Origin: a virus | Lineage: Duplodnaviria; Heunggongvirae; Uroviricota; Caudoviricetes | Length of the DNA: 64,000 nt | Virus record (IMG/VR): IMGVR_UViG_3300044991_001838 | Coordinates: 64,001 to 128,000 of that record | Strand: one strand, 5' to 3' | Shown: positions 46,997 through 54,934 of the stretch, in pieces | Layout of the letters: each line of letters starts with the position of its first letter | How positions within the stretch are numbered: position 1 is the stretch's first letter | Notes under the pieces: model-generated | Told to the model about the DNA's origin: nothing | Seen by the model: the letters and a program-made list of their open reading frames with translations, nothing else | Databases searched by the model: none | Made by a program: the position numbers and the translations under genes

Positions 46997-47145
46997 TCTT
47001 CCCCGTAGATATCTTTTTTCTCTTTACAGGTCTCAACGATTAAATTTTCTAAAAATTTATAAATCTTAAACCCTCGTTTATCACAATACTTTTTTAGTAT
47101 TTCGTGGACTTTAGGGTCTATTTTAATGTTCTTGATTTCTTTCAT
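46993..47145 (-). CDS. Small ribbon-helix-helix-like DNA-binding protein (50 aa)
   Basis: Manual translation: MKEIKNIKIDPKVHEILKKYCDKRGFKIYKFLENLIVETCKEKKDIYGED; alternating beta pattern followed by two helices. Confidence 0.65.
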   Translation of the reverse strand: MKEIKNIKIDPKVHEILKKYCDKRGFKIYKFLENLIVETCKEKKDIYGED

Positions 47146-47275
47146 AGTTTTTGTGGTGAGAAAAAAGGTAGAATTTATTCCTACTGTTTACTAATACATA
47201 TTCAAAAGTCAAGTTTTTTGTGTTAGTATCTAATATTTATCAATAAAATAAATCTGCAATAGAATTAATTAAATA

Positions 47276-50200
47276 ATGGCAACAGCACAAGCAAATCAAA
47301 AAGTTTTTGTATCACCTGGAGTTTACACATCAGAAACGGACTTATCGTTCGTAGCACAAAGTGTAGGTGTTACTACCTTAGGTTTAGTAGGGGAAACAAT
47401 AAAAGGACCTGCATTCGAACCTGTATTTATAACTAACTACGACGAGTTCCAAGCATATTTTGGAGGAACTGAACCTGTAAAATTTGTAAACACACAAATA
47501 CCAAAATATGAAGCGGCGTATATCGCCAAATCATACTTACAACAATCTAACCAATTGTTTGTAACAAGAATATTAGGATTATCAGGATATGACGCTGGTC
47601 CATCTTGGAGTATTAGAGTTACTGCCAATGTTGACCCGTTAACGATTGGTATAATTTCACCAACAGGAGGAACCGCTTTTTCGGCAACATTCACAGGATA
47701 TTCTTCAGGAAGTACAATTCAATTTATTGGGGGAGCATTACCAACTCAAGTAAGTAATAACTATAATACTCTTTACAGATTATCTGATGGTAGTACTTCA
47801 ACATATGGTGAAGATTTCAATAGTAATTTAAGTTTTATTATTGATAATAATTCTTATTCCGCAACAACCGTTGCTATGTATGGTGCAATTCCTTCAGACC
47901 AATATTGGAGTCTTGTTAGTCAATATTCAAATCAATTAAATGTTTTTGGTTCAGACACAAATAATTTAGATACTAACGATTTAAGTTCAGACTCAAATGA
48001 CCCATGGTATTACGCAGCGTTTACTAATGATGCAAATGTAAATAACGATTATGCTGGTTATTCATTTTATTATGATGTATCATCATTAAGTACTAGTGAT
48101 GGTGGTATCACTTATACAGGAACTATTACAGGAGAGTCATATAATTTTTCAGGAACTGCTTATAGTGAATATAATAATATGGTTGTTGGAACTTTGCGTT
48201 CAAGAGGTATTTCATTATATTCTAACAATGCAGACCTTGACCAACATGGACCTGTATATGAAGTGACAGGACTTACTGATGTTACTTTAATTAGTACTGG
48301 ACAATATTCAGGAATCACTAATTCACCATATGAAGGGTTTTTACTTTCAGGTATAACTAATGATAGTAATACGTTTTCTTTTGAAACTTCATTATCAGCG
48401 GCATCATCTAAATTTATTACTAAAGTTTTAGGCACAGATAATTTTGGTAAATCAAGATATGAAGTACCAATCTTTGTTGAAGAGTTATATCCAAGTTCTT
48501 TGAGTTATGCTTATAACCAAGGATATATTAAAGGTATTAATCCTCAATTAGTTGCTCTTGAAGATGCAAGAAGTGAAAACACACAATCAATCGCGTATAA
48601 AGTTGAAAAATACCAATCACCTGAAACACCATTTTTGGTTTCTGAGTTAAGAGGTAATCAAGTTTATAAATTATTTAAATTTATCTCAATCTCTGATGGA
48701 GACGCAGCGAATGTTGAGGTAAAAATTTCAATAGCTAACTTATCGTTTAATAACATGACATTTGATGTACTTGTTAGAAACTTCTTTGATACTGATGCAA
48801 ATCCTGTTGTTATTGAGAAATTCACTAATTGTAATATGGACGCAGGTTCTAACAATTTCGTAGCGAAAAAAATTGGTAGTGCAAATGGGGAATACGCATT
48901 AATTTCAAAATTCGTTATGATTGAATTAGCGGAAGAATATCCTATAGACGCAATTCCTTGTGGATTCTACGGTTATACTCAGAGAGAATACGAATCAACT
49001 GAAAATATTTCACCAGTACCTAAATTCAAAACTAAATATTATTATCCAGGTGAGGTTGTTTTTAACCCCCCATTTGGAACAACTGCAAATGCAACTGAAT
49101 CAGCAGGTGATATTGTTAGAAGAACTTACTTAGGATTCTCAAGTCAATTTGGTATTGATGAAGCATTTTTATCTTATAAAGGTAAACAAAACCCACCAAA
49201 CTGGGTTAGTTCAGCATTACCTATCGCAGGTCAAGCGTGGAATTACTTAAGTAGAGGTTTCCACATGGACTCAGGAGCAACTGTTGTTACAATTGCAAAC
49301 TCATACCAAACAAGTGGGGCGACTGCTTTTGAATGTGGTGTAGCTGATTTTAGATTTGACCCTGAAACTCAAGAAAACCCATACTACTTCATTTACTCAA
49401 GAAAATATACATTATGTTTTGCGGGAGGATTTGATGGTTGGGATGTTTATAGAGAATTTAGAACTAACCAAGATAGATTCCAATTAGGAGCATCAGGTTA
49501 CTTGGCAGGAGCATCGTCTTCTACAAGATACCCAACAGCAACAGGTCAAGGTTTATTTAAACGAATTGTGGTAAGTAATAACACACAAGATTTTGCAAAC
49601 ACTGATTATTATGCATACTTACTTGGTATCTTAACATTCTCAAATCCTGAGGCAACAAATATTAACATATTTGCAACTTCAAGTATTGATTATGTTAACA
49701 ACTCAAACCTTGTTGAAGAAACTATTGATATGGTACAATATTCAAGAGCTGACTCTGTGTATATCGCAACAACTCCTGATTACTTAATGTACACTCCAGA
49801 TGGAACTAACTCTTTAGATATCATCTACTCACAAGAAGCGGTTGATAACTTAGATAATACAGGAATTGACTCTAACTATACTGCAACTTACTATCCATGG
49901 ATTTTAGTAAGAGATACTGTGAATAACACACAAATCTATTTACCACCAACAGGTGAAGTTGTAAGAAACTTGGCATTAACTGATAACATTGCGTTCCCTT
50001 GGTTCGCATCTGCGGGTTACACAAGAGGTCTTGTAAACTCAATCAAAGCAAGAGTTAAATTGACTCAAGAAGATAGAGACACACTTTACCAAGGTAGAAT
50101 TAACCCAATTGCTACTTTTGCGGATGTAGGTACTGTAATTTGGGGTAACAAAACATTACAAATTGCTGATTCAGCACTTAACAGATTGAACGTAAGAAGA

Positions 50201-50491
50201 TTATTACTTCAAGCTCGTAAGTTGATTTCAGCGGTGGCAGTAAGATTATTGTTTGAACAAAACGACCAAATCGTTAGACAACAATTCTTAGATAGTGTTA
50301 ACCCAATCTTAGACTCAATTAGAAGAGACAGAGGTTTATATGATTTCCGTGTAACAGTTTCTTCAACACCTGAAGACTTAGATAGAAATACATTAGTAGG
50401 GAAAATCTATTTAAAACCTACGAAGGCGTTAGAGTTCATTGATATTGAATTCTTCATTACTCCAACAGGAGCTTCGTTCGAGAATATTTAA
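47276..50491 (+). CDS. Contractile tail sheath protein
   Basis: FVSPGVYTSETD start; WFASAGYTRG, LYQGRINPI, WGNKTL, LNVRRLL, IYLKPTKALEFIDIEF end. Confidence 0.93.
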   Translation: MATAQANQKVFVSPGVYTSETDLSFVAQSVGVTTLGLVGETIKGPAFEPVFITNYDEFQAYFGGTEPVKFVNTQIPKYEAAYIAKSYLQQSNQLFVTRILGLSGYDAGPSWSIRVTANVDPLTIGIISPTGGTAFSATFTGYSSGSTIQFIGGALPTQVSNNYNTLYRLSDGSTSTYGEDFNSNLSFIIDNNSYSATTVAMYGAIPSDQYWSLVSQYSNQLNVFGSDTNNLDTNDLSSDSNDPWYYAAFTNDANVNNDYAGYSFYYDVSSLSTSDGGITYTGTITGESYNFSGTAYSEYNNMVVGTLRSRGISLYSNNADLDQHGPVYEVTGLTDVTLISTGQYSGITNSPYEGFLLSGITNDSNTFSFETSLSAASSKFITKVLGTDNFGKSRYEVPIFVEELYPSSLSYAYNQGYIKGINPQLVALEDARSENTQSIAYKVEKYQSPETPFLVSELRGNQVYKLFKFISISDGDAANVEVKISIANLSFNNMTFDVLVRNFFDTDANPVVIEKFTNCNMDAGSNNFVAKKIGSANGEYALISKFVMIELAEEYPIDAIPCGFYGYTQREYESTENISPVPKFKTKYYYPGEVVFNPPFGTTANATESAGDIVRRTYLGFSSQFGIDEAFLSYKGKQNPPNWVSSALPIAGQAWNYLSRGFHMDSGATVVTIANSYQTSGATAFECGVADFRFDPETQENPYYFIYSRKYTLCFAGGFDGWDVYREFRTNQDRFQLGASGYLAGASSSTRYPTATGQGLFKRIVVSNNTQDFANTDYYAYLLGILTFSNPEATNINIFATSSIDYVNNSNLVEETIDMVQYSRADSVYIATTPDYLMYTPDGTNSLDIIYSQEAVDNLDNTGIDSNYTATYYPWILVRDTVNNTQIYLPPTGEVVRNLALTDNIAFPWFASAGYTRGLVNSIKARVKLTQEDRDTLYQGRINPIATFADVGTVIWGNKTLQIADSALNRLNVRRLLLQARKLISAVAVRLLFEQNDQIVRQQFLDSVNPILDSIRRDRGLYDFRVTVSSTPEDLDRNTLVGKIYLKPTKALEFIDIEFFITPTGASFENI

Positions 50492-50492
50492 T

Positions 50493-50519
50493 AAAAAAAA
50501 TGGGGGGAACAATCCCCCC
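50493..50519 (-). terminator. G/C hairpin with upstream A-tract (minus-strand terminator or mRNA-stabilising stem)
   Basis: A8-t-gggggga-acaa-tcccccc. Confidence 0.5.
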
Positions 50520-50527
50520 TTAGCCAA

Positions 50528-51355
50528 ATGAAAAAGAATTTAACAGAAGGATTTAAAGAAGAAGGTTCCCCAGATATGAAATATTATGCGTTTGATTGGG
50601 ACGATAATATTGTTCATATGCCAACCAAAATTATGGTTAAAACAGAAGGGGGTGACGAAGTGGGTATGTCAACTGATGATTTTGCGGAATATAGACATCA
50701 ATTAGGTAAATCACCATTTCAATATAAAGGTGAGACAATTGTAGGTTATGGTGATGAACCATTTAAAAATTTCCAAACTCCGGGGGATAAAGATTTTTTA
50801 ATTGACGCGATGAGGGCTGAAGAAGGTCCGGCATTTAATGATTTTAAAGAGGCGATTAATAACGGGTCAATTTTTTCTATAATCACTGCGAGAGGTCATA
50901 AACCAAACACTTTAAAACAGGCGGTTTATAACTACATAATAAATGATTATAATGGGATTAATAAAGAAGAACTTCTTAAGAATCTTAAAAAATATAGGTC
51001 GTTTGCTGGTGAAGATGAGATGAATGATGATGAGTTAATTAAAACTTATTTAGATATGTGTAAATTCCATCCTGTATCTTATAATGATGTGGAAGGGGCT
51101 GCAAATCCTGAGGAAGCCAAAGTTCGTGCAATGGACAAATTTGTGGAGTACATTAGAGAATTATCTTCTAATTTAAATAAAAGAGCATTTTTTAAAGACG
51201 ATGTTAATAATAATTTTGTCCCATCAAAACCTACTATTGGATTTTCAGATGATGATATTAGAAATGTGGAAGTAATGAAAAAACATTTTAAGGATAAGCC
51301 TGATAACATTGTTAAAACTTATTCTACTGCAGGAGGAATAAAAAAAGAATATTAA
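50528..51355 (+). CDS. HAD-superfamily hydrolase
   Basis: FDWDDN, ITARGH, GFSDDD. Confidence 0.7.
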   Translation: MKKNLTEGFKEEGSPDMKYYAFDWDDNIVHMPTKIMVKTEGGDEVGMSTDDFAEYRHQLGKSPFQYKGETIVGYGDEPFKNFQTPGDKDFLIDAMRAEEGPAFNDFKEAINNGSIFSIITARGHKPNTLKQAVYNYIINDYNGINKEELLKNLKKYRSFAGEDEMNDDELIKTYLDMCKFHPVSYNDVEGAANPEEAKVRAMDKFVEYIRELSSNLNKRAFFKDDVNNNFVPSKPTIGFSDDDIRNVEVMKKHFKDKPDNIVKTYSTAGGIKKEY

Positions 51356-51430
51356 CTAGTAATAAAAAACTAGTATTAAATAAATAAAGAAAAAAAACTA
51401 GTTAAAATAACTAGAATTAAATAAACTAGT
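51354..51430. repeat. Five AACTAG(T/A) motifs at about 14-bp periodicity in A-rich intergenic DNA
   Basis: Starts at 51354, 51368, 51396, 51409, 51424. Confidence 0.85.
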
Positions 51431-51440
51431 CTGGAATATA

Positions 51441-51469
51441 ATGATAATAATTTAATTTCAGAAAGTCAA
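51441..51469 (-). promoter_or_regulatory. Sigma70-like promoter pointing into the AACTAG array
   Basis: Minus strand TTGACT-N17-TATCAT. Confidence 0.45.
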
Positions 51470-51532
51470 TAAAAATATTTTCCATTTGGATATATTTATG
51501 ATAATAAACAAAGAAAAACTAATTTAAATAAT

Positions 51533-52021
51533 ATGGCTGATTTATTGATGAAAATGCCGATTCCTTATGAACCGAAAAGACAAAACCGATTCATTTTAAG
51601 GTTTCCATCAAGTTTAGGGATTAATGAATGGTTTGTAGAGTCTACATCAAGACCACACATTACCATTGCAGCGACGGAAATACCGTTCTTAAATACTTCA
51701 ACTTATGTTGCTGGTAGATTCAACTGGCAAACAATTAATGTAACATTTAGAGACCCAATTGGTCCTTCTGCATCACAAGCTCTTATGGAGTGGGTTCGTT
51801 TACATGCTGAGTCTGTAACAGGTCGTATGGGATATGCTGCGGGTTATAAAAAAGATATTGACCTTGAAATGTTAGACCCAACAGGAGTTGTTGTTGAAAA
51901 ATGGATTCTTTACGGAACATTCTTAACAGATGTAAACTTCAATGCGTTGGCTTACAATACAGACGCGTTAGCAACAATCACTGCGACACTTCGTATGGAT
52001 AGATGTGTACTTGTTTACTGA
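51533..52021 (+). CDS. Tail tube protein (gp19-like)
   Basis: YEPKRQNRFI, AGRFNWQTINVTFRDP, YKKDI.L, W.LYGTF; follows sheath. Confidence 0.88.
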   Translation: MADLLMKMPIPYEPKRQNRFILRFPSSLGINEWFVESTSRPHITIAATEIPFLNTSTYVAGRFNWQTINVTFRDPIGPSASQALMEWVRLHAESVTGRMGYAAGYKKDIDLEMLDPTGVVVEKWILYGTFLTDVNFNALAYNTDALATITATLRMDRCVLVY

Positions 52022-52072
52022 TATAGTAATAGAATAGTCTTTCTATTTATAAAAAATTAATACTAATTATAT

Positions 52073-52110
52073 TTAACCGTAAAGAACATAAACTTTACGG
52101 TTAATTTTTT
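52073..52110 (+). terminator. 12-bp hairpin plus T-tract just before the chaperone start codon
   Basis: ttaaccgtaaag-aacataaa-ctttacggttaa-tttttt. Confidence 0.7.
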
Positions 52111-52112
52111 AT

Positions 52113-52856
52113 ATGGATAATCAATCAAAAGAATACGGACAAGCGAATTTTACGCTACCCCACGATGTGGTACCATTACCATCTCAGGGAGTCTTTTACA
52201 AAAACAAGAAAAAATCTATCAAAGTCGGTTATTTAACCGCTAATGATGAGAATTTATTAATGGCGGGTGGTGACGGAATGACTCAAAATCTTTTAAGAAC
52301 CAAAATTTACGAACCAGATTTACGTGTTGAAGATATGTTAGAAGGTGATGTTGAGGCAATACTTATCTTTTTACGAAACACGGCTTTTGGCCCTGAAATG
52401 GAGTTAACACTTACTGACCCTGGTACTCGGAAACCTTTTAAAACTACGGTTGCTTTAGACCAACTATCAATCAGTCAAGGACAACAACCTAATGAGGACG
52501 GTACTTTTATTACCACTTTACCAAAATCACAAAATACTATTAAGTTAAAACCAATGACTTATGGTGAAATTTTGGAAAATCAAAGAATTGCAGACACTTA
52601 CCCTGCAGGTAGAGTTGTACCAACAGTTACATTAAGACTTCAAAAAGAAATTATTGAAGTTAACGGGATAACCGATAAAGGCGAAATCGCAAAATTTATT
52701 GAGTCGATGCCAATCGCGGATTCAAAATTCATACGAAAATTTATGAATGATAATGAACCAAGATTAGATATGACACGCACAGTTACAACCCCATCAGGAG
52801 AAAAACTTACAGTTAATGTAGGATTTGGGGTTGACTTTTTTCGTCCTTTCTTCTGA
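52113..52856 (+). CDS. Tail assembly chaperone / baseplate hub assembly (gp26-like)
   Basis: LPSQGVFY, YLTANDE, MPIADSKFIR, ends GFGVDFFRPFF; lies between tube and tape measure. Confidence 0.7.
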   Translation: MDNQSKEYGQANFTLPHDVVPLPSQGVFYKNKKKSIKVGYLTANDENLLMAGGDGMTQNLLRTKIYEPDLRVEDMLEGDVEAILIFLRNTAFGPEMELTLTDPGTRKPFKTTVALDQLSISQGQQPNEDGTFITTLPKSQNTIKLKPMTYGEILENQRIADTYPAGRVVPTVTLRLQKEIIEVNGITDKGEIAKFIESMPIADSKFIRKFMNDNEPRLDMTRTVTTPSGEKLTVNVGFGVDFFRPFF

Positions 52857-52995
52857 TTATAGGAAAAGTCAGCTCGATGAATATTACTATTTGACTACGT
52901 TATTACACATAGGATACCAAGATTTTTTAATAATGCCTCTTTTTATGAGGAAATATTTACTAGATAAATGGATTGAAGATAATAAAAAGGACTGA
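52840..52995 (+). CDS. Frameshift extension of tail chaperone (gp51/gpT-like), +1 frame
   Basis: FVLSSDYRKSQLDEYYYLTTLLHIGYQDFLIMPLFMRKYLLDKWIEDNKKD*; no upstream ATG; T6 run at 52836-52841. Confidence 0.6.
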   Translation, partial: FVLSSDYRKSQLDEYYYLTTLLHIGYQDFLIMPLFMRKYLLDKWIEDNKKD

Positions 52996-53010
52996 AAACT
53001 CAGTCCTTTT
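52985..53010 (+). terminator. Hairpin terminator overlapping the stop of the +1 ORF
   Basis: aaaaggactga-aaac-tcagtcctttt. Confidence 0.7.
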
Positions 53011-53040
53011 GTATTTATAAATAACTAATACAATTATAAT

Positions 53041-54891
53041 ATGGCAGATAATACAGAAGACGGATTTTTAAATGAGATGAAAGATGCTACAAATTTCTCA
53101 GCTAAAGAATTTGAGTATGGATACGAAAGAATTAGTTCCACCGCTGGACAAATCAACAAACTTTTTGGACAGACAAGAGAAAGAATTAATGAATTAAAAA
53201 CTTCTCTTGCAGACACTTCACCTGGAATTGTTAGATTAGGTGGGGATTTAGGTGCCGTTGCTGATACTATTAGTGAAATAGCTATCGCTTCAAGAAGAAA
53301 TGTTGTTGCGAATAAAGAAGATGTGGAGCAAATGTACGCGGCTCAGAAAATTTTAGGAACTTCTGTTGGGGAGTTATCTGAAAAATTTATGGATATTGGA
53401 GTTGGTATTTCCCAAATACCAGAAGAATTAGAAAAATCAATCAATTATATTCAAAGTATTGGTGGTAACACCAAACAGGTAATGAAAGATGTTCAAGACA
53501 ACATGGGTCAAATGAATCGTTACCAATTTGAAGGTGGTGTTCAAGGTTTAACCAAAATGGCAGCCCAAGCGTCAATGTTAAGATTTGATATGGGTCAAAC
53601 ATTTGCATTAGCGGAAAAAGTGTTAACTCCTGAAGGTGCAATTGAAACTGCAGCAGCATTCCAAAGATTGGGAATATCTGCAGGAGCTCTCGCCGACCCA
53701 TTTGCATTAATGAATCAGTCAATTAATGACCCATCAGGTTTACAAAATAGCTTGGCGGATGTTGCCAAACAATTTACTTATTTTGATGAAAAAACAAAAA
53801 CTTTTAAAATTAACCCACAGGGTGTATTAACTTTAAAAGAAATGGAGACTCAAACAGGTGTTAGTGCTAGAGAGATGAGTAAAATGGGTCTTGCGGCTGC
53901 GGAATTGGACCAAAGATTATCAGCGATTAAAACAGCGGGACTTACAATTGCAAGTGAAGAAGACAAACAATATTTAGCTAACATTGCGACAATGCAAGAT
54001 GGTAAATACAAAGTGACTTTAGAAGATGGTACCAAAAAAGAATTGGCAGAATTAACACAACCTGAATTTGATAAATTAATTGAACAACAAAAAACAGGTC
54101 CAAAAACTTTAGAAGACATTGCCAGAAAACAAATGAATTATTCTGACATAATTTCGTCTGATGTAAAGGCGATTAAATCGGCGGTTATTGGAGGTGCTGT
54201 AACACAAAAAGATTTATTAAGACTTTCAGAATCTGCTAGGTCAAGAAGTACTGATTTAACAGGAGCAGCATCACGAAACTTTGCAAGTCCTGAGGCAGTT
54301 AGAGGAGAATTAACAACAGCGTTAGGTGATATGAAATCACTGTATAAAGATATCCAAGAGGGTAAGAAAACCCCAACAGACGCTCTTAGCGATTATCTTA
54401 AAAAGATGGGAGAACAAGGGGAAAACATTAATTCAAAATTATTATCTAGTTTTAATAAATCAATAAAAGAAGCTCGTGATAAAAACCCTAATCAAACAGG
54501 TTTGGACAAAATGGTTCAAGAAGGTTATAATAAAATTTTAAACGAATTAGACAAAACAGAAAATGCTGCTAAAGCAAAAGAAAAAAATACTGTTTACGGT
54601 AATAAAAATATATCTTCACTTATTGAAGGAAGACAAACAAAAGATTTAAAAGAATCCTCATCAACGGAGGGCGCTTTTGGAAGTAAAAGTCAAAATGTTA
54701 CTTATGATGGTACAGTTAATGTTAATGTTAATTTTACAGGAAATGGTGCGAAAGATTTAAACCCATCACAAATGGAACAAGTAACTAAAGCCATTACAAG
54801 TACATTACGCTCTACAGCATTTGCACAAACATCCTATAATAATGCTCGTCCCGGCAATCCAACTAAATCACCTAAAGAAGTTACGGTTTAA
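53041..54891 (+). CDS. Tape measure protein
   Basis: Helical A/Q/M-rich composition, position after tube and chaperone. Confidence 0.75.
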   Translation: MADNTEDGFLNEMKDATNFSAKEFEYGYERISSTAGQINKLFGQTRERINELKTSLADTSPGIVRLGGDLGAVADTISEIAIASRRNVVANKEDVEQMYAAQKILGTSVGELSEKFMDIGVGISQIPEELEKSINYIQSIGGNTKQVMKDVQDNMGQMNRYQFEGGVQGLTKMAAQASMLRFDMGQTFALAEKVLTPEGAIETAAAFQRLGISAGALADPFALMNQSINDPSGLQNSLADVAKQFTYFDEKTKTFKINPQGVLTLKEMETQTGVSAREMSKMGLAAAELDQRLSAIKTAGLTIASEEDKQYLANIATMQDGKYKVTLEDGTKKELAELTQPEFDKLIEQQKTGPKTLEDIARKQMNYSDIISSDVKAIKSAVIGGAVTQKDLLRLSESARSRSTDLTGAASRNFASPEAVRGELTTALGDMKSLYKDIQEGKKTPTDALSDYLKKMGEQGENINSKLLSSFNKSIKEARDKNPNQTGLDKMVQEGYNKILNELDKTENAAKAKEKNTVYGNKNISSLIEGRQTKDLKESSSTEGAFGSKSQNVTYDGTVNVNVNFTGNGAKDLNPSQMEQVTKAITSTLRSTAFAQTSYNNARPGNPTKSPKEVTV

Positions 54892-54934
54892 TGATAAAAA
54901 ATAACCCTCAATCTATTTATTAATAAAGTAATTA

